Part shown: positions 51,470 to 63,015 of the stretch, piece by piece
How positions within the stretch are numbered: the stretch's first letter is position 1
Layout: the number at the start of each line of letters is the position of its first letter
Position numbers and translations under genes: made by a program
Notes under the pieces: generated by a model
Told to the model about the DNA's origin: nothing
The model's database searches: none
The model's input: only the letters and a program-made list of their open reading frames with translations
Source: an uncultured delta proteobacterium
Lineage (GTDB): Bacteria > Myxococcota_A > Polyangia > Polyangiales > Polyangiaceae
Length of the DNA: 64,000 bases
Direction of reading: 5' to 3'
NCBI GenBank assembly: GCA_963806225.1
Contig: CAWDXG010000004.1
Coordinates: 5,184,001-5,248,000 of the forward strand

Positions 51470-52078
51470 TCAGCGCTCGAGCCAGTTCTTCTTCACGCTC
51501 GGACGCTCGAGGATGCGCTCGGCCCAGGCGCGGATGCGCGGCGGTGGCGCGAGGCCGACCTCGTCGAGGAAGCGGACCAGCGGCGCGTAGCACACCTCTG
51601 CGAGCGAAAATGCGTCGCCCACGAGCCACGTGCTGTCGCCGAGCTGGCTGTCGAGGATCGTCAGGTGCTGGTTCACCTGCTTCCGCGCAGCCTCCATGGC
51701 TTCCGCGTTCCATCGCTCCTTTGGCAGAAAGCGAGCGGGGAAGATCAACGGTCGTGTCTGGCTGCCGAACTCGACGTCGCAGAGCTTCATGTGCATTGAC
51801 ACCAGCGCGCGGAGCTTCGGGTCGGCGGGCACCAGCGCGGGCTCGGGATGGATCGCTTCGAGGTACTCGAGGATGACCGTCGACTCGTACAGAAGGAAGC
51901 CGTCGTGTTCGAGCGTCGGCACGCGGTGGTACGGGTTCTTCTCGAGGTACTCCGGAGCGCGGTGCTCGCGCTTGAGGAAATCGAGACTGACGAGCTCGGC
52001 CTCGAGGCCCTTCTCGTCGAGCGCGATGCGCACGCGCTGGGAAAACGTGGAAAGCGGAGTGTAGTAGAGGCGCAGCAC
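51470..52078 (-). CDS. Glutathione S-transferase family protein
   Basis: KNPYHRVPTL, LYESTVILEYL, WLVGDAFSLAE. Confidence 0.9.
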   Translation of the reverse strand: MLRLYYTPLSTFSQRVRIALDEKGLEAELVSLDFLKREHRAPEYLEKNPYHRVPTLEHDGFLLYESTVILEYLEAIHPEPALVPADPKLRALVSMHMKLCDVEFGSQTRPLIFPARFLPKERWNAEAMEAARKQVNQHLTILDSQLGDSTWLVGDAFSLAEVCYAPLVRFLDEVGLAPPPRIRAWAERILERPSVKKNWLER

Positions 52079-52170
52079 GCGCCTAGACTAACCACAAATC
52101 CGGCGCGCGCGTCACGGCGAGAAGCTCACGGCGAAGATGTCGCTGCCCCCCGCGTTCGCACTTTCCGCTA

Positions 52171-52197
52171 GTGACAACGTCATGACAGGATGATGAC
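52171..52197 (-). promoter_or_regulatory. PHO-box-like triple repeat between the GST and phosphoesterase genes
   Basis: Plus-strand TGAC at 52172, 52183 and 52194; minus strand reads GTCAT/CTGTCAT/TTGTCAC at 11-bp period. Confidence 0.45.
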
Positions 52198-53655
52198 GTG
52201 CGGATATCTTCGCTTGCTCTTCTCGTCATCGCATCGCCCATCCTGCTCGCTGCATGTGGATCATCGCCGGATGCCGGCGGCGGGTCCAGCGGCGCCGGCG
52301 GCGCGACCGCAACCGGTGGCAGCGCGGGCACGGCGGGAAACGCCGGCGCGGCGGGCGGCGGCGCGGGCGGCAGCGCGGGAAACGCCGGGGCGGCGGGCAG
52401 CGGCGCGGCCGGCAGTGCAGGTGCGGCTGGCGCTGCGGGCGCGGGCGGCGCGACGGGAACGTCGAAAATCGAGCACGTGGTCGTCATCGTGCAGGAAAAC
52501 CACACCTTCGACGCCTACTTCGGCCGCTACTGCACGGCGCCGGCGGGTGCGCTCCCGACCTGCAACACAGGGCCGGGCTGCTGCGAGGAAGCCCCGACTG
52601 CCGATCCCTCCGGCGCAGGGCCCGTCACATTGAACGACGCCGAAAACTCCGGCTACGACCCGAACCACACGCAGAGCTGCGAGCTGGCCGAGCTCGACAA
52701 CGGCAAGATGGACCGCTTCGTGACGGGCGCGTCCTGCTCGAACGCGAAGAACTTCGCCGTCGCCGACGCGAACACGGTGGGGCTCTACCGCGCCTACGCG
52801 TCCCAGTACGCCATCGGCGACCGCTACTTCCAGTCCATCGCGGGCTCCTCGTCGTCGAACGACATGTACTTTGCAGCCGCGCACGAGGAGTTCATCGACA
52901 ATTCGTACAAGCCGGACACGAACGGCGCCGGCTGCATCGCTCCCACGACGCCGCGCAAGACGTACACGGGGCAGACGACGATCGCCGATCTGCTCATCCA
53001 GGGCGGCCACACCTTCACCGACTACGCCATGGGCTACGCCGCCATGAAGGCGGCGAAGCTGTGTCCGGCTGCGCCGTCGGACTGCCCGGCGCACATCCCG
53101 ACGGCGCCCTGCGACTACGATCCCTCGGACAATCCTTTCCAGTACTACGCGCAGTTCGCCGACAACGCGACGTACATGAAGGACTACGACGATCTCGCGA
53201 AGGACATCACCGCCGGCAACCTGCCCGAAGTGAGCTTCGTGAAGGCCGTCCAGTACAAGAACGAGCACCCCGGCTACGGGACCGTGATCAGCACCGGCGA
53301 GAAGTTCGTGCAGGGCGTGGTCGATGCCATCTTCGGCTCGCAGTACGCGAAGAGCACGCTGGTCCTGCTCACCTGGGACGAGGGTGGCGGCTTCTTCGAT
53401 CACGTCGCGCCGCCGCCCACGAGCCCGGTCGACAACCAGCCCTACGGCACCCGCGTGCCGATCATCGCGATCGGCCCGTTCGCCAAGAAGAACTACATCT
53501 CGCACGTCACGATCGAGCATTCGTCGATCGTGAAGTTCATCGAGTGGAACTTCCTGGAGGACACGGGGCAGCTTGGCGCGCGCGACGCCGTCGTGAACAA
53601 CATCGGGGACCTGCTCGATCCGGGGCGGGTGGGTGTGGTCGTGCCAGCGGACTGA
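52198..53655 (+). CDS. Phosphoesterase / phospholipase C (AcpA-like) lipoprotein
   Basis: IEHVVVIVQENHTFDAYFG, NEHPG, LTWDEGGGFFDHV, GTRVP, HSSIVKFIE. Confidence 0.9.
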   Translation: MRISSLALLVIASPILLAACGSSPDAGGGSSGAGGATATGGSAGTAGNAGAAGGGAGGSAGNAGAAGSGAAGSAGAAGAAGAGGATGTSKIEHVVVIVQENHTFDAYFGRYCTAPAGALPTCNTGPGCCEEAPTADPSGAGPVTLNDAENSGYDPNHTQSCELAELDNGKMDRFVTGASCSNAKNFAVADANTVGLYRAYASQYAIGDRYFQSIAGSSSSNDMYFAAAHEEFIDNSYKPDTNGAGCIAPTTPRKTYTGQTTIADLLIQGGHTFTDYAMGYAAMKAAKLCPAAPSDCPAHIPTAPCDYDPSDNPFQYYAQFADNATYMKDYDDLAKDITAGNLPEVSFVKAVQYKNEHPGYGTVISTGEKFVQGVVDAIFGSQYAKSTLVLLTWDEGGGFFDHVAPPPTSPVDNQPYGTRVPIIAIGPFAKKNYISHVTIEHSSIVKFIEWNFLEDTGQLGARDAVVNNIGDLLDPGRVGVVVPAD

Positions 53656-53657
53656 AG

Positions 53658-56574
<2,917 letters not shown>

Positions 56575-56664
56575 GCGGCTGGCCCGGGGCGTGATCCGCC
56601 GCGCCGACGAGAACGCCTACCGAGCCAAGCAGGCCGGAGGCACGATTTGCGCCGGCTCTGTGAC

Positions 56665-58494
56665 CTACGGGCACTTCAGCGAATCGCGGATCGTGTCGAG
56701 CGCCGTCAGGACAGCGCTCTGGCCGCTCGAGCCGGTGTTGTGCGCGGCCGCCGTTCCGCCCCCGACAGCGATGCTATCCCAGGTCGTGGTTGTCTCGTCG
56801 CTCCCGACGGAGATCACGTACGTCTTGACCGCGGGTGTGCCCGTCGCTGCCGTGTTTGCGGCGTCGATGGCCGACTGCACGGTGTCGTACCCCGTGCAGG
56901 TGTTGGGCGAGCCGTCGGTGATCATGACCACGGCGAGGGTCGAGCCCTGTCCCGCGCCCAGCGTGCCCCACGTCTTCACGTAGCCGGTCGCGCCGTAGAT
57001 GGCCGGCGTCATGGGCGTGGAACCTGTCGGGGTGGTGTGGCCCGACAGCGACGTAGCCACGGCGGATGCCGCGCCCGGCAGCACGCCCATCTTCACGTCC
57101 GGCTTCGCGTAGTCGCCGTTCGTGCAGGAGTCGGTGGCGGTGCAGACGTTGCCCGAGCAGGTGCCGAACGTCCCGCAGTCGGTGTTCGTGGTGCAGGATT
57201 GGGGAAGGGGGAAGTACTGCACGCCGACGTAGATCCCGGCCGAAGCGGCCTGCTTCACGAACGTCGTGACGGCGGCGGACATCTCCGACCAGCGTGTGCC
57301 GCTGCCGAGTCCTGTGCTCGTCGAGCCGGACATGTCGAGCAGGAGCAGGATGCCCGGCTGCTTGCAGCTGCACGCGCCGCCGACGCATCCGGTGCCGCTC
57401 TGGCATGTCGTCCCGCAGTTGCCGCAGTGCTGGGGATCGGTGTCCGTGTCCACGCAAGCGCCGCCACAGTTGGTGTAGCCGGTGGCGCACACGCACTTTC
57501 CGCCCGAGCACGTTTCGCCGGTGCCGCACGTAGTGCTGCAGTCGCCGCAGTGCTGGGGGTCGGTCTGCGTGTCGACGCAGGCGCCGTTGCACGAGGTCTT
57601 GCTGCAGCTGCAGTGGCCGCCCACGCAGGAATATCCGGTAGCGCATACGGACGCGCAGCTGCCGCAGTGCTGGGGATCGGTCTGCATGTCGACGCAGTCG
57701 CTGCCGCACTGGTTCTGGGCCGGACAGGTGCAGGCGCCGCTCACGCACTGTCCGAGGCCGTTGCAGGTGGCGCCGTTGTCGGTCTGCCCGTCGCAGTCAT
57801 TGTCCAGGCCGTCGCACACCTCGGCATGACCAGGGAACACCGTGCCGGCCGAGTCGTTGCAGTCGTCGCCTCCGCAGATCACTGGCGGATGGTTGTCGCC
57901 GTCCTTGTCGAGCGTGGCGAATACGCAGGTATCCGTCGCGAGGTCGCAGTGCACGTTCGTGTTGCAGGCGTCGCCACCGAACTGCGCGATGCACGACGCA
58001 TCGCCCGAGCATGCGGGGCTCTTGGTGCAGCCGCTCTTGACGTTGCAGTACTGTCCCGTCGGACACGCCGTCGCGCCGCTGCTCGGGCCCGCCGCGTGTG
58101 AGCACGCGCCGCTCACGCAGAAGTCCAGGGTGCAGGCAATCCCGTCATCGCAGTCGCCGGCGCCCGTGCATCCGCCCGAGCCGCCGCTCCCGCCGCTGCC
58201 GGAGGTTCCGCCGCTGCCGGAGGTTCCGCCGCTGCCGGAGGTTCCGCCGCTGCCGGAGGTTCCGCCGCTGCCCGCGCTTCCAGCCGTCCCCGCGGTTCCG
58301 CCGCTGCCCGCGGTTCCGCCGCCGCCCGAGCTGCCGGCCGATCCTCCGCTCGCAGCGCTGCCCGCCGAACCGCCGCTGCCCCCGCCGTCCGGGTTTTCGT
58401 TGAACAGCGCGCCGTTGCTGTTGCCCCCGCACGCAGTAGCGCCGAAAGCGGCCATCGACACCGCCAGCCCGATCCCGAACCAACCCCTGGACAT
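56665..58494 (-). CDS. Cys-rich lipoprotein with Stig1-like repeats, a CDGLDNDCDG metal-binding-type repeat and a C-terminal VWA domain
   Basis: ATAC lipobox; CVDxxTDPQHCGxC x3; DMSGST MIDAS; ITDG. Confidence 0.85.
   Translation of the reverse strand: MSRGWFGIGLAVSMAAFGATACGGNSNGALFNENPDGGGSGGSAGSAASGGSAGSSGGGGTAGSGGTAGTAGSAGSGGTSGSGGTSGSGGTSGSGGTSGSGGSGGSGGCTGAGDCDDGIACTLDFCVSGACSHAAGPSSGATACPTGQYCNVKSGCTKSPACSGDASCIAQFGGDACNTNVHCDLATDTCVFATLDKDGDNHPPVICGGDDCNDSAGTVFPGHAEVCDGLDNDCDGQTDNGATCNGLGQCVSGACTCPAQNQCGSDCVDMQTDPQHCGSCASVCATGYSCVGGHCSCSKTSCNGACVDTQTDPQHCGDCSTTCGTGETCSGGKCVCATGYTNCGGACVDTDTDPQHCGNCGTTCQSGTGCVGGACSCKQPGILLLLDMSGSTSTGLGSGTRWSEMSAAVTTFVKQAASAGIYVGVQYFPLPQSCTTNTDCGTFGTCSGNVCTATDSCTNGDYAKPDVKMGVLPGAASAVATSLSGHTTPTGSTPMTPAIYGATGYVKTWGTLGAGQGSTLAVVMITDGSPNTCTGYDTVQSAIDAANTAATGTPAVKTYVISVGSDETTTTWDSIAVGGGTAAAHNTGSSGQSAVLTALDTIRDSLKCP
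58191..58272. repeat. 18-bp coding tandem repeat (GGTSGS linker)
   Basis: CGCCGCTGCCGGAGGTTC x4 plus a partial copy. Confidence 0.85.
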
Positions 58495-58724
58495 GAAGCA
58501 AGCCTCCCTTGCGGCGCCGTTTCCGGGCCGATAGCTACCGGTCGCGTCGTGGAGTGCCAGACCTGGCTACGCCGCGAGACGTGACATCCGCCACACCGCA
58601 TGCTGATACGCTCACGCGCCCTGCTCGATCCCCGGCGTTCTTGCGACCCAGGTCGATTTTCGACAGGCGGTCGAATGACGCCATGGCCGGCGTCTTTGCC
58701 CGCTAGAGTCGTGTTCTTCGCCGC

Positions 58725-59900
58725 TCAGAAATGATCCCGCATGCACGGCGCCGCACCCGCGAACAGCGCTGCGGCTTTGGCGAGTGAGCGCTCGTCGCCC
58801 TCGACGAGGCCTGCGCGTGCGAGCGACGCGGGGTGCATGAAGCCGGTGTAGAGCGCCGCGAGGCCGCGTGGGCCGGTGCGGAGCGTGCCGTTGCCGCCGC
58901 GCGAGAGGCGGCCCTGTCCACCCTCGACTTCCAGCACGAAGCGGCCGCGGTTGTGCGGCACGAGATCGTCGTCGAGCTCGAGCTCGAGCCGCGCGTTCGT
59001 GGCGACCGGATAGCCGCGCGCGCCGAGCGCCGCCTCGGCGTCGGTGACGCGCAGCATCCAATGGTCGGCCAGCTCGCACTCGTAGCTTTCCGGCAGCAGC
59101 GAGAGCACGGGATCGGCGGCGCCGCAGGAGAAGACCGTCGTGTCACCCAGCGTGCGGTGCTCGGCGACCAGGCCCAGCAGCGCGCGGCCGGCGCGCGGCG
59201 TGGCGGCTGCGAGATCCACGACGCCGAGATCGTAGTGGCCACGCTGGGTCCGGGTCTGTTGGATGTACAGATACCCTTCGAGGCGGCCGTCGCTCTCGAC
59301 CAGATAGCCCTGCGCTGGCGCGGCGCGCGGCTGGCGCACGCGGTTCCAGATGTACGCGCCGCGGTCAAGGTAGCCGTTCTGGTCGCGCGCAAAGCCGGCG
59401 TATGTCGCCCTGATCGCTTCATGGTCGGACTCGTCCACGCTTCGCACGCTGAGCTCGCGTGAGCCCGTCGGGATGTCGCGCGTCCGCACCGAGCAACGGA
59501 AGCGGCTGCCCGCGGACTCGTAGCCGGCCTTGCGGTAGAGCGCGAGCGTGGCCGGATACAGCGCCGACAGCGCCACGCGGGCCTCGGCGAGCTCGACCAC
59601 GCTCGCCCGCATCAGGGAGATCGCGGCGCCCTGCCCGCGATGCTCCGGCCCGACCGCGACGCCGGCAATGCCCGACATCGGCACGCTGCGTCCGCCGAAC
59701 CACTGTCCCATCGGGATCTGGATCAAGCCGCCGGCGATGCGTGAGCCGCGCCACGCCAGGCGCACGTTGTCGTGCCCCGCCCGGGTGAGCCACGCGGGAA
59801 CGGTCTCCACGTCGACGCTGAACGCCCAGCTCAGGATCGCCGAGTAGGCGCCCACTTCCTCGTCGTCGCCGGACAGGCGCGCGATCGTGATGTCGCTCAT
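58725..59900 (-). CDS. Eis-like GNAT acetyltransferase with SCP2-like C-terminus
   Basis: GIAGVAVGPEHRGQGAA, SALYPAT..LYRKAGYE, WMLRVTD, LAALYTG, C-terminal DHF. Confidence 0.88.
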   Translation of the reverse strand: MSDITIARLSGDDEEVGAYSAILSWAFSVDVETVPAWLTRAGHDNVRLAWRGSRIAGGLIQIPMGQWFGGRSVPMSGIAGVAVGPEHRGQGAAISLMRASVVELAEARVALSALYPATLALYRKAGYESAGSRFRCSVRTRDIPTGSRELSVRSVDESDHEAIRATYAGFARDQNGYLDRGAYIWNRVRQPRAAPAQGYLVESDGRLEGYLYIQQTRTQRGHYDLGVVDLAAATPRAGRALLGLVAEHRTLGDTTVFSCGAADPVLSLLPESYECELADHWMLRVTDAEAALGARGYPVATNARLELELDDDLVPHNRGRFVLEVEGGQGRLSRGGNGTLRTGPRGLAALYTGFMHPASLARAGLVEGDERSLAKAAALFAGAAPCMRDHF

Positions 59901-59979
59901 CCGCCGAGGGTCGTGGTGCGCGCGTCGCGGGTCAATGCCGATTGCGTCTGGCGGGCGCGCGTCCAACACTTGGGGCCGT

Positions 59980-60687
59980 ATGCAGGACGAGCGAACGAGG
60001 TTCGTCGCGGCGCACCCGTCGGCGACGGTGATGCTGCTTCGCGACGGAGCGTCGGGGCCCGAGGTGCTGCTGGTCGAGCGCGCGGCGGAGCTCGACTTCC
60101 TTGGCGGTTCGTGGGTGTTCCCGGGCGGACGTATCGACAGCACCGATTTCGAAGGCGCCGTCGCAGCGCCGGACGACATTCCGCTGGACGTTCTGCGGCG
60201 GGCCGCCGTGCGCGAGCTGGAGGAAGAAGCCGGGCTCGATCTCGACGCCGGGGCGCTGGTCTGGCAGGCGCGCTGGACCACGCCGGAGGGCTTTCCCAAA
60301 CGCTTCCGCACCTGGTTCTTCATGGCGCGCGCCGTCTCCACCCACGCGCGCGTGGATGGTGGAGAGATCCGCGCGCACCGCTGGCTCGCGCCGGCCGCGG
60401 CCGTGGACGAGCAGCGCGCCGGCCGTCTCGCGCTACCGCCGCCCACCTTCGTGACGCTCACGCAGCTGGCGCGCTTCACCGACGTTGCTTCCGCGCTCGC
60501 GCACAGCGCGGAGGCCGGCCCGGAGGAGTACGTGCCGCGGCCGCGACGGATCGAGGGCGGCTTCTGTTCGCTCTACCAGCAGGATGCTGCCTACGAAGGC
60601 GGTCCGCTCGACGCGCCCGGCCCGCGGCACCGGCTCTGGGTGGTCGAGGGCGGCTTTCGCTACGATCGGGCCTTCGAAACGAGCTGA
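59980..60687 (+). CDS. NUDIX hydrolase
   Basis: SATVMLLRD, WVFPGG, AAVRELEEEAG, WTTP...RFRTWFF. Confidence 0.9.
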   Translation: MQDERTRFVAAHPSATVMLLRDGASGPEVLLVERAAELDFLGGSWVFPGGRIDSTDFEGAVAAPDDIPLDVLRRAAVRELEEEAGLDLDAGALVWQARWTTPEGFPKRFRTWFFMARAVSTHARVDGGEIRAHRWLAPAAAVDEQRAGRLALPPPTFVTLTQLARFTDVASALAHSAEAGPEEYVPRPRRIEGGFCSLYQQDAAYEGGPLDAPGPRHRLWVVEGGFRYDRAFETS

Positions 60688-60742
60688 AACGGGGTCGAAA
60701 CCGGAAAAATTCGCCGGTAGAGCGGAAATCGCTCTGCCAGCG

Positions 60743-60773
60743 GCGAATCGTTTTCGCGATCCGGGGCTCCTAC
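60743..60773 (+). promoter_or_regulatory. Putative ECF sigma promoter (copy 2)
   Basis: GCGAATC-GTTTTCGCGATCCGGGG-CTCCTAC. Confidence 0.6.
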
Positions 60774-60822
60774 CGGGGAAGGGAGCGGATGTACCGTTTC
60801 CGAACAAGGAGAACCACCGGAG

Positions 60823-61005
60823 ATGTGCCAGCGAGTTCGTTGTTCCCGTTGCGGCAAACCCACCTTCGCCGGTTGCGGCATGCACGTCGAGCAGGTGCTC
60901 GGCGATGTGCCGCGCGATCAGCGCTGCAAGTGCCACGAGCAGGCCCGCACCCGCTCGGGCGAAGAGCAGGCCTCGATCCTCTCGCGGCTGTTCGGCCGCT
61001 CGTAG
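60823..61005 (+). CDS. Small Cys-rich putative metal-binding protein
   Basis: MCQRVRCSRCGKPTFAGCGMH...RCKC; GGAG/AGGAG upstream. Confidence 0.75.
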   Translation: MCQRVRCSRCGKPTFAGCGMHVEQVLGDVPRDQRCKCHEQARTRSGEEQASILSRLFGRS

Positions 61006-61083
61006 TCCGGAGCGGGGCGCGGCGGTCGCGCTCGGCTCGCCGGCAAATGGTCGGCCCGCTGTCGGACTGCGCGCCCCCGCGCG

Positions 61084-61248
61084 CTAGCCGCCGAAGCCGC
61101 CCGAGAACATGAAGCCGAGCAGCGCGCCGTATAGCGTGGAGATATAGGGGTTGCCGGTGAGCGGGCACATACCGCTGCGGCAGCCGACCACCTTGTAGTA
61201 CGCGAGGCCGGCGGCGCCGCCGATTGCAACGTGGAGCAGGGTGCTCAT
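61084..61248 (-). CDS. Small membrane protein, DUF6132-like (paralog of 28977..29201)
   Basis: YYKVVGCRSGMCPLT...LYGALLG. Confidence 0.75.
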   Translation of the reverse strand: MSTLLHVAIGGAAGLAYYKVVGCRSGMCPLTGNPYISTLYGALLGFMFSGGFGG

Positions 61249-61254
61249 CCCCCC

Positions 61255-61285
61255 GTTGGAGTCCGCCCAGCACAAAAGGATTCGC
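61255..61285 (-). promoter_or_regulatory. Putative ECF sigma promoter (copy 3)
   Basis: Minus strand GCGAATC-CTTTTGTGCTGGGCGGA-CTCCAAC, ending 6 nt before the ATG. Confidence 0.6.
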
Positions 61286-61328
61286 CCGCCGCGCACTCCG
61301 GTCCGCGGCGCGCTACGCTCCTCCCGCG

Positions 61329-62144
61329 ATGGAACGGTCCGATCAGGAGCTGCTCGACGCGCTCGGCGCCGGCGACCGCGAGGCGCTGGCCGAGCTGGTC
61401 GAGCGGCACGCGCCGGCGGTGTACCGGTTTGCAGCAAAGATGTGCCGCGAGCCGGAGGACGCGAAGGACGTCCTGCAGGAGACGTTGCTCAGCGCAGCGC
61501 GCGGCCTCGGCGATTTCCGCGGCGACTCGTCGCTGACGACCTGGTTCTACGCGGTGGCGCGCAGTTTCTGCATCAAGAAGCGGCGGAAATCGAAGTTCGC
61601 GCCGGCGGAAACGGTGTCGCTCGAGCGCTCGGGTGAAGTCGTGCACGTGCCGGACAAGTCGCTGCCACCGGACGAGGTCGCGGCGGGACGCGAGCTCGGT
61701 GCTGCGCTCGATCGCGCTATCTCGGCACTGGAGCCCGACTACCGCGAGGTGCTGCTGCTCCGGGACGTGGAAGGGTTGACGGCGCCGGAGGTGGCCAAGG
61801 TGGTCGGGGCCAGCGTCGCCGCGGTCAAGAGCCGGCTGCACCGCGCAAGGGCGGAGGTCCGCGCGCGGCTCGAGCCGCAGCCGCTCGCGACGCAGATGGC
61901 CCCGGCGTGCCAGGATGTCGTGCTGATGTTCTCGCGCTTCCTGGAAGACGAGATCGGCACCGCCGAGTGCGAGAAGATGAGCGAGCACATCAAGGTGTGT
62001 GAGCGCTGCCGCGCCACCTGCGACTCGTTCGAGCACACCCTGAACCTGTGCCGTGCCGCACGCGGCCGGCAGGTGCCGTCGGAGGTGCAGATCCAGGTTC
62101 GCCAGGCGCTTCGCGCGTTGGGCGCCGAGGCGCCAGCGAAGTAG
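61329..62144 (+). CDS. ECF sigma factor fused to a C-terminal zinc anti-sigma (zf-HC2) domain
   Basis: DAKDVLQET, SLTTWFY, VKSRLHRAR; then CQDV...HIKVCERC (HxxxCxxC). Confidence 0.9.
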   Translation: MERSDQELLDALGAGDREALAELVERHAPAVYRFAAKMCREPEDAKDVLQETLLSAARGLGDFRGDSSLTTWFYAVARSFCIKKRRKSKFAPAETVSLERSGEVVHVPDKSLPPDEVAAGRELGAALDRAISALEPDYREVLLLRDVEGLTAPEVAKVVGASVAAVKSRLHRARAEVRARLEPQPLATQMAPACQDVVLMFSRFLEDEIGTAECEKMSEHIKVCERCRATCDSFEHTLNLCRAARGRQVPSEVQIQVRQALRALGAEAPAK

Positions 62145-62156
62145 ATATACTGCGCC

Positions 62157-63002
62157 ATGTCGACACGCGACGAACGCATCGGACCCACCGCGTACTACAC
62201 GTCCTACGTGTGGCATCGCATCGGCATGCCCTACGCGGATCTCTTCGCCACGCGTCGCGGGGCGGCGCTGTTCTGGAGCTTCCGGCTGTCCGGCGAGTGG
62301 ATCGCGACGACCACGCCGCGGCTGCCGTCGATGACGGAATACCTCGAGATCCGTCACCGTTTGATCGAGCACCGGCTGGGCGAGCTCGAGCCGGATCGCG
62401 TGGTGGAGATCGGCAGCGGGCTGTCGCGCCGCGGCGTCACCTGGGCTGCGGATCACGGCGTCGACTACGTGGAGGTCGACCTGCCGCACATGATCGCGGA
62501 AAAGCAGCGTCGCATCGCCGCGCGCGCGCCGGCAGCGCTCAGAGAAAAGCTCGGCGGCAGGTTGCGCTTCGCGGAGCACGATGTGGTCGGCCCGGGTTTC
62601 GCGGATTTCCTGACGGCCCAGCTCGACGGCGCCGCGCGTCCGGTCGTGATCGCCGAGGGGCTGCTCGGCTACTTCGCGCTCGACGAGCGCACGCGCATCG
62701 CAAGCTCGGTGCGCGAGGCGCTTCTGCGCGTCGGGGGCGGCAGCTTCCTCAGCGATCTCAGGGCGCGGGAGGGCGGCGCGCCGGTCGCGGCCGCGGCCAC
62801 GGTGCTGCGCGCCGGCATCCGGCTCGTCACGCGCGGACGCGGTGCGCGTGAGGACTTCCCGAGCCTCGACGCCGTGCGCCGCTTCTTCGCCGCCGCCGGC
62901 TTCGACCGCGCTGAACCGGTGGACCAGGCTCTGCTGCCGCACCTGGCGCACGTGACATCGCCGGGGCGGATCTGGCACGCACAGGTCGCCGCCATGGGCT
63001 AG
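62157..63002 (+). CDS. Class I SAM-dependent methyltransferase (LCM-like)
   Basis: PTAYYT, VVEIGSGLSRRG, EVDLP, IAEGLLGYF. Confidence 0.85.
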   Translation: MSTRDERIGPTAYYTSYVWHRIGMPYADLFATRRGAALFWSFRLSGEWIATTTPRLPSMTEYLEIRHRLIEHRLGELEPDRVVEIGSGLSRRGVTWAADHGVDYVEVDLPHMIAEKQRRIAARAPAALREKLGGRLRFAEHDVVGPGFADFLTAQLDGAARPVVIAEGLLGYFALDERTRIASSVREALLRVGGGSFLSDLRAREGGAPVAAAATVLRAGIRLVTRGRGAREDFPSLDAVRRFFAAAGFDRAEPVDQALLPHLAHVTSPGRIWHAQVAAMG

Positions 63003-63015
63003 GCTCGCCCGCGGC

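Noticed and set aside
61329..62144. CorE-type copper-dependent ECF sigma factor
   Set aside because: The extension is a zf-HC2/ZAS pattern (HxxxCxxC), not the short CorE Cys-rich tail, and no CxC motif was seen between regions 2 and 4.
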